Assembly (NCBI GenBank): GCA_951406725.2
Contig: OX597832.1
Span: 29,884,001 to 29,948,000, forward strand
Length of the DNA stretch: 64,000 bases
From: Octopus vulgaris
Taxonomy: Eukaryota
Direction of reading: 5' to 3'
The notes under the pieces: model-generated
Database searches by the model: none
What the model was told of the DNA's origin: nothing
Seen by the model: the letters and a program-made list of their open reading frames with translations, nothing else
Shown here: in pieces, positions 52,271 to 64,000 of the stretch
Layout: the number at the start of each line of letters is the position of its first letter
Position numbering within the stretch: position 1 is the first letter of the stretch
Translations under genes and position numbers: made by a program

Positions 52271-52523
52271 GTGAGGAGTAGACAGACAGCCAACAACTGA
52301 TGAAGAGTCCTTTCTCTGTGTTTGCTTGTCCTGTTCTCCATTTTTTTCTCATTGTTTACCTATTTAAATAATTTGTTTATGTATTTCATGTTGTTTAAAC
52401 TATCAGTGACGTTCTGTACCCAAGTATGCATGTATATATTTATATATATAGATATATATACACACTATATATTATTTGCTATTTATTATTTAATTGAACG
52501 CCACGCATCCATTTCCAAGTATG

Positions 52524-52554
<31 letters not shown>

Positions 52555-52596
52555 ATATTATCCGAAGTGTACAGTATTATATATCCATCACAGCTG

Positions 52597-52679
52597 ATCT
52601 TACCATTCAGTTTCATGCATGGTATTCACTGGAATGTTAGATAACAATCCAACTATGCAACCCGGCACTCATCAGAGGT
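52597..52679 (-). ncRNA. Hammerhead ribozyme motif with long stem II
   Basis: Reverse complement: accu CUGAUGA gugc...gcau GAAAC ugaaug GUA agau; decayed paralogue at about 54025-54105. Confidence 0.62.
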
Positions 52680-53121
52680 AGCCATTATGGGATAAAATAG
52701 GGTGATTGCAGTTGGGTTGTTACGTAACACTCCGTTGAACCCCTAGAGTGAAACCAATTGGTAAGATTGACCGTAATGGACATATAATACACTTCAGATA
52801 ATATATCCACTCTATTGACAGATATAAGAGTGCATTTTGTTTCTGACTTATGAACTCGTAGACGACTTATACCTGTATATGTATGTATGTATGTGTGTGT
52901 GTTCTTTTTTTAATTTAGAATAAATTTTGACTGCCCACCTTCTTGGTAGCAAGGTTGTGAAAAAAAGCATCTTACTTTGTTCATCAACCTCTTAATCTTA
53001 AGAAAATTTGGCCAATTTTTATTGTCTCAGATATCACGATCATTTGTAGTTTATAAATATGTACATACGTGTGTGCATGTGAGAATGCGTAGTTATATAT
53101 ATATATATATATATATATAAA

Positions 53122-53396
53122 CGTCGCCTTACTGGCACCTATGCCGGTGGCATGTGTAAAAAGATTCGAGCAAGGTTATTGCCAGTACCGCCTGACTGGC
53201 CTCCGTGCCGGTGGCATGTAAAAAGCACCCACTACGCTCTTGGAGTGGTTGGTATTAGGAAGGGCATCCAGCTGTAGTAACTCTGCCAGATCAGATTGGA
53301 GCCTGGTGCAACCATCTGGTTCGCCAGTCCTCAGTCAAATCGTCCAACCTCATGCCAGTATGGAAAGCGGACATTAAACGATGATGATGATGATGA
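53122..53396 (+). mobile_element. (GAT)n-tailed retroposon copy
   Basis: Family core and taaacgatgatgatgatgatg end. Confidence 0.7.
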
Positions 53397-53748
53397 TATA
53401 AACATGAGATGTACAGGAATTAGTGACTAAGACCAGATAGCCAATAAACTGCAAAAAGGACCAAAATCTAAAGAAATAAGCACCATTGGCTACAAAGATC
53501 TACTTCTTCATGTTCAACCTGAATGGCATTGAATACCAAAATGATTAAGATTAGCAGTCCAAGACATTAATTACCAAGATTGTGACATTTCAAAATGTAA
53601 TTACATTGCTACAGTATGCTTTGGAAGTGAATGAACATCACACAATCTCGTTTCATTTTTACTCCAATGAATGCAGTGTGTCTGTGTGTCACATACGAAA
53701 TGACTGTCTTGATTTTTTTTTCCTCCTTGCAATCTGTTTAGATGTGCC

Positions 53749-56700
53749 ATGGATAGAACCATTGCCAACCAACCAAGCGTTGGTGATGAGACGAAGCCTG
53801 AGAAGGAAGTGGAGAAGACCCATCGCCTGAACAGTGATCATAACAAAGAGGACAGGGAAGTCGAAACCCTGGTCACTTCAGATGTAGGTTCCTTTTTTTT
53901 TTCTCTTGATTTAGTCTCCATAACTCATTTCTTTCTTCCACAGAATCTCACTCACACACACACACACACACACGTACGAACAGACTTTGCGGTTACTGTG
54001 ATCCAGGTGAAGTTAAAAATGAATCATGCTTCATGGGATTCAGTGGAGTGTTAGACAACAATCCGATTATGTAACCTTGCACTCATCAGAGGTAGCCATT
54101 ATGGAATAATTAAATGTTGTAAAAGGCAACTGAAAGAGGTTGAGGTAGGATTTGCACAATGACCACCCAAAAAACAGACCCCATGGTTTGGTGGGTTGGT
54201 GCAAAGGTGTCATCTGCCTGGAGTAGTAGGGAATCATCAATGAATACTGGATGCAGTGGCACGCTGTCACAGCACGTGCCTCCACACTGCTACTACTATC
54301 ACATGAACCACACGGGGGAGAAGTGTCTGCTTAGCTCTTATTGGTGCGGCACTAAATAGAAGAAAAGTAAATGTTCCCCTGGAGATGAAGAGAGACCACT
54401 GTAGGTAACTTTCCTAGAAGTGACTGACATGTATTCAATGATGCAAGGTAAACTTAGGCAATAGAGGATAAGCTGTCATTTCTTGACAAATAAAATATTT
54501 ACCTCAAGTTAAACAAAGGTAAAGAGGTGAAGAAGCTCAGTGGTTAACGTTGTTTACTAGCTGAGGAGTATAGTTACTGCAGTCTGATACATTTGTAGGT
54601 ATGACTCCTTTGTAGGTATGATGAATTATTGGAAATTAACTGTATTCACCTATGGTTATTTTGACATACCTGTAATATACTGGAGGTCATATGAATTAGC
54701 TGCACACCCTTCACAAATATGAACAACATCTTTGTATCTCTGAAAGAAAGTTTATTAATCTTTGGGTTCAGTAAAATTGTTTTAACCCTTTCATTACCGT
54801 ATTTATTTTGAGGTGCTCTGTGTTTCTTTAAATTAATTTTAAATATAACAAAAGAATTTAGTAGAATAACTTAGTTATCATTAAGCTAGTGTTAGAAACA
54901 TAAATTGTAACTAAGGTTTGGTGGAAGATTTTAATTCAAAACTTACAAAAACAAGACATTTGTACTACAGAGCCAGAAATGGTTTCAGCCGGGTTGGTAA
55001 TGAAAAGGGTTAACCAATTTTGTCACTTGTCATTCTTAATCATTTGTTAACCCTTTTGTTACCATATTTCTGTTGAGATGTTCTATGTTTCTTTCAATTA
55101 ATTTTAAATATAACAAAGAATTTAGTAAAATAATTTAGTTATCATTAAGCTAGTGTTAGGAACATAAATAAAGGTTTGGTGGAAGATTTTAATTCAAAAC
55201 TTAAGAAAACAAGACATTTGTGCTAGAGATCCAGAAACGGTTTCAGCCGGGTTGGCATCGAAAGGGTTAAATGACAGGGAAAGGAATGGAAATGCAAAGA
55301 ATTAAGTCTTTTATGACAGGAACGGTAACTGTTTTATTTTTGTTGTTTTTATGCAACTGGGTGCGGGTGTACAACACTATGTAACTGTCACATTAGTAAA
55401 GACGGGTGTGGTACCATGTGAGTACTGAGCCCTTATAAACTAGAGTCAGTTCCCTAATACCAAAACTAAAAGTCTTATAATTTCTTAAAAGTGATTCTCT
55501 TCTGGAATGAAGTTTTGTCAGTTTTTCAAACCGAGTCTCTCTCTCTTGTTATTCTCCAAAGGACAAGGTAAAAGATAACAGCAATGTGAAGAAGAAAAGA
55601 AAACCTCTGTATTTTTGGTCCACAGCAGATGTTAACAAATGGCTACGGAAACGGTGTGGCTGCTACTGTGATATGTATGAGAATATGTTCTTGGACCACG
55701 AAGTAACAGGTATGGCACCTTTAATTTCAAATGGTTTGAGTCTATTGTTAAAGATCAGATTCTTGTCGGAACTGTGTCTTTGCCAGACATCATAACTATT
55801 TGTTCTATGCTACTGTAACTCTTGGGATCTTTTCGGTTTGAACAGCAGTTTTTTCTAGCGGTGTCATATGAAATTGTCACCCATAATTATGACCCTAGTA
55901 TCGATCTATTGCATTTCAATCTGTTTTAGGGTTAGGGTTAGAGGTGGGGGTGGGAAGGGTATCTTCTTTTCTTCACAAATGTAAATAAATCCAATCTGTT
56001 TCTTAAACGAGGGACATATTCATATGGCACAGAATGTTTTTTTACCTCAATACACATCATTGATTGGTTGAAATTGCAAAAATTGAAGAAAAAAAACAAC
56101 GAATATCTTACAAACTATAGAATTTTCTCAATAAAGCCAAGAGAAAAAGATGTTTTATAAACACATTCTAGCAGTATACGAAGTTTAAAATTTTTTAGTT
56201 ACCTAGAAATTATGTTAAAAACTGCCGGTCAAACCGAAAAGATCCAACTCTTGTACACTTTCTTAATTTTTAAAGAATTCTTCCATTTCATGAAGTTATT
56301 TTTTTTTATTTCTTTTGTTTATATCCAGGTCGTACATTGATTAGAATGAATGACATCAAACTGGAGAAAATGGGCATCGCAGACAGCAACCACAGGTATT
56401 GAGTCCTACATTGTATTACCCTGCGATTGTGTCTTTGTTTCTTCTTTGTTACTCGCACCCTTCTTGACTCTTAATGGCACCAAGTCTTGCTCTCTTCCAG
56501 ACGAGAACTTATGCAACAGATTCTACAGCAGAGATTAAAGCACGAACGTGTGGAGTTAAAGAATGCAAACATGCGAAGCAGTTTGCTGTTGCCGTACCAT
56601 CAGAATGGAAGTAAGTCGTTTCAAGTTTCTGAGAATTGTTCTTCAAATATTGTGACAGGCTGGTGTGGAAATGTGAACCAGTGAACAGGTTGATGTCAAT

Positions 56701-57566
56701 GGAATGACGGCTTTAAGCGAACTCTCTTTTACTTGTTTCAGTCATTTGACTGCGGCCATGCTGGAGCACCGCCTTTAGTCGAGCAAATCGACCCCGGGAC
56801 TTATTCTTTGTAAGCCCAGTACTTATTCTATCGGTCTCTTTTGCCGAACCGCTAAGTGACGGGGACGTAAACACACCAGCATCGGTTGTCAAACAATGCT
56901 AGGGGTACAAACACAAACACACACACATGCATACATATACATATATACGACAGGCTTCTTTCAGTTTCCGTCTACCAAATCCACTCACAAGGCATTGGTC
57001 GGCCCGGGGCTATAGCAGAAGACACTTGCCCAAGGTGCCACGCAGTGGGACTGAACCCGGAACCATGTGGTTGGTTAGCAAGCTACTTACCACACAGCCA
57101 CACCTGCGCCTAAGATTAGGGAGAGAACCTGTGGAATTATGGTAAATTGCTTTTATCAGAAACATCACTGGTCTCGCTGCTGGGACAGGAGGATGGCTTC
57201 TGTATTTTGTTATCTTTTAATTGGTAAATGATAACCTTATGGACTACACCTCCTCAATATTGTTTCACTACATTCCTGACAGGGACAAGGAAATACAGAA
57301 CTAATATGTCAAGGGTCTTTAATCCTAAAAGACTGTTTTTTTCTAATTTTCTCTTTGATATATTATAACTGGTGCAAAATGCATGCACAAACAATATGTA
57401 TGCATATCTGTGTGTGCAGTTTGTGCATATATTGAGAAAAAGGAGCCAGTCAGGGCGGCACTGGCATCAACCAGGTGAAGACACTTGTCCTAGGTGCCAT
57501 GCTGTAGGACTGAACCTGGGGAAGTGATTGAGAAGCAATCTTCTTACCACACAGCCATGCCATGTG

Positions 57567-57611
<45 letters not shown>

Positions 57612-57782
57612 ATGTGTGTGTGTGTATATGTATATATATATATGTGTATGTGTATGTATATATATATATGTGTGTGTGTGTGTATGTATATATATGTGTG
57701 TGTGTATATGTATATATATATATGTGTGTATGTATATATATATATGTGTGTGTGTATATGTATATATATGTGTGTGTATATG

Positions 57783-57813
<31 letters not shown>

Positions 57814-57868
57814 ATATATGTATATATATATGTGTGTGTATATATGTATATATATATGTGTATATATA

Positions 57869-57930
<62 letters not shown>

Positions 57931-58917
57931 TGTGTGTATGTGTATATGTTTAGTGTCAAGTCTCCATTATTGACCTCCTTTAAACCCTCTCATCTCTCCA
58001 ACTTCCCCATGGTTGATGATATGACAGTTTTTCTGGTGTTGGTACCATGTTAAGATGCACTCAATGCCCTGTGTAAAATAGTTGAGGCCTGAAAGGGCAA
58101 CCAACTGTAGAAATGAAACCAACCCTGAACATTACAAGTGAAATATGTAGATGTGAAACGATCATATACACACATCATCATCATCATCGTTTAACATCCG
58201 CTTTCCATGCTGGCATGGGTTGGATGGTTTGACAGGAACTGGGAAGCCAGGAAGCCGTACCAGGCTCCAGTCGTCTGATCTGGCAGAGTTTCTACAGCTG
58301 GATGCCCTTCCTAATGCCAACCACTCTGAGAGTGTAGTGGGTTGCTCTTTACGTGCCACCAGCATGAGGGCCAGTCAGGCAGTACTGGCATCGGCAACCT
58401 ACCCTGAAGAATGGTAACCACGAGAACATTGATCCAATGATGGCAGTTTGACCAAAGTTGATCTATCAGACATTTTATAGCAGTGCTTTTCAAACTTTTT
58501 GCTGGAGCGGAACCCCAAGGAAACATTCCACTGGCTCGGGGAACCCCTGTGCAATAATTTAATAGTCTTATGCACACATATCTGCACAGGAAAATTAAAA
58601 ATCACTGCCGATTTTAGTAGTTTTGTAACTTCTTGTGGAACCCCTGGACTGTACTGCCGGAACCCTGGTTGAAAACCACTGTCTTATAGACTGTCCAGCC
58701 CATAACTGCAGCTTTCTTCATATTACCTCACCCATTTCTAATTGTAATCTTAATTGGACCATGCTATCAAGTTCTCTCTCTCTCTCTCTCCCACCTTTCA
58801 ACCACAAATTCTTCTACTCTTGAAGTAAAATATATTTTTCTTTTTTTAATTACAGGGGATGGATTTGAGGAAACCAAAGTAACGGGCTTGTTGGAAGCAC
58901 CATTACCTCCATATTAA
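53749..58917 (+). CDS. SAM-domain adaptor protein, aveugle/Hyphen - SAMD10/SAMD12-like; 173 aa; join(53749-53883,55562-55709,56329-56395,56501-56610,58856-58917)
   Basis: Five AG/GT exons with matching phases (0,1,2,1), 522 nt; [19 protein letters not shown]...[47 protein letters not shown] is a single SAM domain of the aveugle type; first and last exons less certain. Confidence 0.85.
54786..55266. mobile_element. Two adjacent piggyBac-type MITEs (54786-55009, 55051-55266)
   Basis: Each TTAA|ccctt...aaggg|TTAA, same family as 39668. Confidence 0.8.
55825..56245. mobile_element. Non-autonomous TIR DNA transposon with perfect 8-bp TSD (Merlin- or hAT-like)
   Basis: aactcttg|ggatcttttcggtttgaacagcagtttt ... 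aaaactgccggtcaaaccgaaaagatcc|aactcttg. Confidence 0.85.
56722..57110 (-). mobile_element. Full-length CORE-type SINE
   Basis: Reverse complement of the 41457 family. Confidence 0.85.
57565..57945. repeat. Compound (TA)/(TG)n microsatellite
   Basis: Seen directly. Confidence 0.95.
58172..58397 (-). mobile_element. (GAT)n-tailed retroposon copy
   Basis: (cat)n cgtttaacatccgctttccatgctggc... Confidence 0.7.
58481..58681. mobile_element. hAT-type MITE
   Basis: ttttatag|cagtgcttttcaa ... ttgaaaaccactg|tcttatag (CAG termini, 8-bp TSD with one mismatch). Confidence 0.8.
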
Positions 58918-61074
58918 AACTCGCTGAATTGCAAAAAAGAAATTTTAGTTATTGAACTTCGTGAATTGTGAAGCTTCCATTCTCGCTTTGAACAGGTTCC
59001 AAGAGGAATTCACAAAACACTGAGGTACCAAAGACTCTTAGAATTCACTTTAACAGGATCTTGTTATATCTAACACCTGAGAATTAATAACTTCCATTGA
59101 AGTTAACCAGCATTTTAGTGGAAAATATTTAATATATTTTAGAAAGGTTTAAATGCTTAAAATGAATCTTTTAAACTGCTTAACATCTGGCAGATGTACC
59201 AGATGGCATTTAATTAAAGTTCTTTGTTAATATGGACTCATCAGAACTTCTTAATTGGATTTCATTAACACAGAGAAAAAAATTGTTTTTAATCATCTCA
59301 GATCTTTGTGCAAGTTCAGTTTCTATCTGTTGTTATTTATAAATTCTTTTTCTATTAACAATTTTTTTTAATGAGAAGGAAACAATTACAAATAATTTTC
59401 AACAACTCCTTATCATTTTTTATGTAAAGATTAACAGAAATTTGTATTTAGCCGTCTATGCAATGTGACACAGTATGTAGTTGATGCAGTTAGCTGCTGC
59501 TGCCTGATGTCCCACCAGATATCCTGACAGTTGTGATAGAAACAAACGTAACTACAGGTTTAGTCATAGATGATATTACTTTGACATTGTTTTGTCGTTT
59601 TATTATCATTCTTAATTACAAAGGCATTCATAAATAATTACTCCTCTTTTCTTCATCCGTTGGTTAACCCGAAATTTATCTAACAAGGCTTACAGCAAAT
59701 AAACGTCGCTAAATATGGGAGAAACCAAAAATTGAGAAATGGTTTGTTCAAATTTGTCTCCAGATTGTCTTGTGAACCTCCGAGGTCGTAGTTGTGACCT
59801 TTTAAAAAGGTTTGCAAGTTAATACTGCACCTGAACGACTGATATTGACAGGTAATCTACTTGTTCTGTCTCTTACTAAACCCTGCTTAAATTAATTTCT
59901 GAGTTTTGGATTTTAATGAAATACTTTCATCGACGTCAGCAAATTTCTATAAACTCGATAAGTCAGCTAATGTTAATTAATCCATTAATTTGGAAGTAAT
60001 TGGTGAAGAAAGGGGGAAGGAAAGAAGTGTCCCTAAGATTATAACAAGTTTCTAAATCTACAACTGCAGAATTGTCTATGAAAAAAATCTGGGTCTTTAG
60101 GTGTGTAGGAAGGTGGTCAATGATATTTTTGTTGTAATTGGTGATCAATAAGAAGAGAGACATAGAGGTTGTAATGTTCATGCCTTTACCGACAGTAATG
60201 AGTGTTTCTGAGGTGGTCTTGGCAACATTGACCTGGATATGGCCAGTGGGTGTGTGTGTACCAACCACATTTCTGGCTAAGTTGGCTGTGATTTTCTCTC
60301 TTAAAGCAAACAGAACCGAGACAACCTTTAAATATGGTTTATATAAGACAGTCATACTGGGTGGTCATCTTGGACTCTGCTGCTACTACTACTACTAGCT
60401 GTGTCTTAATGCTATATACTCTCAGATCTTGTAATACTTACTATTTGATGTTTTCTGAATTATTTCCTCCTCTTTACTCGCCTTTATTAGAATCCATTTT
60501 TTAGTAGTGGCCAAGTGCTAAGGTGGACTTAGTCACAATCTATGTTGAATGTCTTCGGTCTTGTTATTGCCAAGCTTTGCCTTTCAGTTCAAATAGTTTT
60601 TAAAATAATTAAAAAAAAGGACCAGTAATTTCATTTCCAGTCACTTATGAAATCCTAAACTATCAAAAACGGAAAGAGAAATTATTGCACTGAAAGCCAG
60701 ACAGAATGGCGCTTACCACTTCAAAAATCCTGCCAGAACTGAATCTTTCTCCTTGTTATAAGCGATTAAAGTGATTGTGGCCTTGTGCCTTTATTAGAGA
60801 GAATTATCATTATTATCATTATTATTATTATTATTAAGGTGATATCAGGAATGGCAATCTAAATAAAATACCAAGTGATTCAGGAAGGTCAAATCTTGCC
60901 TTCAGTCTCATCAAAGTTGAAAAGTAAGTACCAGTAATATACTGTATTAAATTTACTCCTCCAACGCATTGGTTTGGTGCTTTCAGATATTATCATAAAT
61001 ACAAATACTGTTATCAAATAAGTTTTCTTTGTTCTTCGTTCAGTATTAAATTACCATTTTGAGATATTGAAATT

Positions 61075-61345
61075 ATACAGTTGAAGGCTGTGTCATCTCT
61101 TGTGAAAGGTGGGAGAGTCCAGTTTGCTGGACATTGTTGTAGAGCTGAAAAAGAAGGTAATTTCTACTCTTCTCCTCTGGAAGCCATCTGCTTGCGATAC
61201 CAGAGGGCGCACACTCTCCTACCCTGATGTAATCTTCAGGGATACAGGCATCCAGCAACAGGACCTCCGTAATGCCATGATGGACCGTGAAGTCTGGCGT
61301 AACATGGTAAATTCCATTGTCTCGACCACGGTCGAACAATGATGA
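61075..61345 (+). mobile_element. RTE-like LINE 3' end
   Basis: FAGHCCR / LLLWKP..RGR..SYPDVI.RDTG...AMMDREVWR, then short (tga)n tail. Confidence 0.75.
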
Positions 61346-62191
61346 AGGCTTTTTATTTAAGAGGAGTTTCATTAAATATTTTTTTGATTAATACAACTTT
61401 TATAGACTTTTTTTTTTTCAGTTTTTCTTGTTTGAATTCTTTCAACTTAAAATAACAACCATTGCCAAATATTTCATTTAGTTCATTAATTGACTTAATC
61501 TCTTACAAACCTAGGTATTTGGATTATCCAGAGATAATCCCTTAGAATTCGAGGACCTTAATGTCAGTTGAAATTGTAAATGAACAACCAAACCAAAAAA
61601 TATTCTAACAGACTTCCACTGTTTCTTTTGCTGGCATTACAAGCAAAAAGTCTTTCTTCAACTTCACACAGAAGCATTCTGGATATTATTATTATTATTG
61701 CCAAAAATCTTAGAATGTTTTCTTTTCATTTTATTTGTTGGTAAGAAAATGTATTGCGCTGTTACGTAGGCTGGTGACTTGTTTTGTTGGTTTGGATAGA
61801 AACTGTATTTTTCATACAAATTTTAATGGAAATAAATTGTTAATAATTTTAATTCACCATCTTTTATCGTTTCCGATCTTTTGCTCTGGTTTTTCTTCTT
61901 CAATTTGATAAATACTGATTTGAAGCAATATTTTACAGCTGAATGCACTTCCTGTCACCAAATCGTAACCGTTTTTTTCAGTAAGGAATTTTTGTTCGTC
62001 CTACAATGACTTCGAAAGCACATGGTATCATTTGATTCCAATCTTCTATGGAAATATGTCCAGCCATGCAGAAATATTATGTTGCTTGTAAACAGGAGGA
62101 GGTTGAAAAGACATCCAACGGTAAAAAAAAACAAAATTCTACCTCAGTGAATTCTGCCTGACCTATAATTAACTCTTTAACTGATAATTAA

Positions 62192-62408
62192 CCCTTTCAT
62201 TACTGTATTTATTTTGAGATGCTCCGTGTTTCTTTCAATTAATTTTAAATCTAACAAAGGATTTAGTAAAATAACTTAATTATCATTAAGTTAGTGTTAG
62301 GAACATTAATTGTGACTAAGGTTTGGTGGAAGATTTTAATTCAAAACTTTATGAAAACAAGACATTTGTACTACAGAGCCGGTTTCAGCTGGGTTGGTAA
62401 TGAAAGGG
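62192..62408. mobile_element. piggyBac-type MITE
   Basis: TTAA|ccctttcattac...gtaatgaaaggg|TTAA. Confidence 0.8.
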
Positions 62409-62429
62409 TTAAACCTGTGTGTAAATATA

Positions 62430-62982
62430 TCATCATCGTTTAACGTCTGCCTTCCATGCTGGCATGGGTTGGACGATTTTGACTGAGGGCTGGCAAACCA
62501 GATGGCTGCACCAGGCTCCAATATTGATCTGGCAGAGTTTCTACAGCTGGATGCCCTTCCTCACGCCAACCACTCCGAGAGTGTAGTGGGTGCTTTTTAC
62601 ATGCCATCGGCACGGGGCCAGTCAGGTGGTACTGGCAACGACCAAGCTCAAATCTTTTTACACATGCCACCGGCACAGGTGCCAGTAAGGTGACATTGGT
62701 AACGATCACGCTCGAATGGTACCCTTTTACGTGTCACTGGTACGGAGCCAGTTGGCTGCTCTGGTAACGATCACGCTCAGATGGTGCTCTTGGCACCCTA
62801 GTAGCACGGGCACAAGTGCCAGTAAGGCGACGCTGGTAACGATCACACTCAAATGGTACCCTTTTACGTGTCACTGGTACGGAGCCAGTTGGTTGCTCTG
62901 GCAACGATCACGCTCGGATGGTGCTCTTGGCACCCTAGTAGCACAGGCACAAGTGCCAGTAAGGCGCCACTGGTAACGATCA
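62430..62982 (-). mobile_element. (GAT)n-tailed retroposon with a 137-bp internal tandem duplication
   Basis: Family core, then ggtaacgatcac... unit at 62698 and 62835. Confidence 0.7.
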
Positions 62983-63560
62983 TATATATTTAGAGAGTGA
63001 GAAAGAAAGAGGGGAGGTGAGTGGAGAAGAGAGATTCAACATAAACATAAATGATTTCTACAATTATTGCTTTTATTTTATTTTATTTTATTGCACACAA
63101 AAAAGGGGACTTTGAGATGTTTATGTTTTACCAAAAGCATTTAATACCAAATGAAACCCTTCAGGTTGGTGAATTGTAATTAAGGCTGATAGGTCTATGA
63201 GATGTTTATCTTTATCATGATATATATATACATACACATTTGTCACCCAAATATATACAAAATCTAACTGAAAGAAAGAAAAACTATTATGGAATATGAA
63301 ATGAAAGGTGGACCAAGCAATTGATAAAGATGTCCTGTGTGTACAAGGTTTCAGCAATTAGTCTAATGCTCAAGTGATGTGTAATCATATACATTTATAT
63401 ATGTGTGTGTGTGTGAGTGTGTCAGTAAGCCAATAGGTCATGAGTTGTAATATGTAGGTGTGAAATGAGGCACAAGCAGGGGCAGGTGGGTTGGTGATGG
63501 GACAAGTGGACGGGGGTCTTGGTAAAGTTCGCCAGAAGTGAAATAACACTCGATGCTTCC

Positions 63561-63836
<276 letters not shown>

Positions 63837-64000
63837 TTACTGATGATCTGGGTTCTTGACCTCACAGGAATTTATAGTAGATTTCATAGAGTTGCATGTT
63901 GGCTGAAACATCTTACATCATGATGCAAAACAGTGTTTGAGGATATTTTTCTCAAAGATCTGTTGAAGTAATCTTGATATTGTTTTAGTCAATACTCTGA

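Noticed and set aside
52297-52330. Hammerhead at ctgatgaagag
   Set aside because: No downstream GAAA or stem II found; also true of the tcatcag in the ~810-nt array introns.
55926-55941. Interstitial telomere
   Set aside because: Fewer than three units, located inside a TIR element.
59963-60398. 130-aa minus ORF and 86-aa plus ORF in the SAM 3' region
   Set aside because: No clear domain or splice support; a faint likeness to decayed retroelement sequence is too weak to call.

Overview
AT-rich, microsatellite- and SINE-dense metazoan genomic DNA; the repeat families suggest an Octopus species (inference). Positions 1567-42203 (+) hold the 3' part of a very large spliced gene (5' end outside the window). 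I read 30 exons: 28 symmetric phase-1 exons each encoding one 6-Cys module (strictly alternating A/B types, the first 11 pairs forming a recently amplified tandem array), one 5991-nt exon with 34 mostly 8-Cys modules (ten near-identical 159-bp copies), and a terminal exon. This is about 4,100 codons and 63 modules of a C-x18-C-x4-C-x-C-x7-C-x8-C unit resembling a half-VWC/FN1/pacifastin-type fold; one exon (B10) carries a +1 frameshift. Downstream is a 173-aa SAM-domain gene (aveugle/SAMD10/SAMD12-like, +), and the terminal exon of an unidentified minus-strand gene lies at the right edge. Introns and intergenic DNA contain RTE-like LINE remnants, tRNA-derived SINEs, a Helitron, a deleted mariner, hAT- and piggyBac-type MITEs, long inverted repeats, and at least eight hammerhead-ribozyme motifs of the type carried by Penelope-like elements, some amplified within the exon array. 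All calls were made by eye with no database searches; repeat boundaries are approximate.
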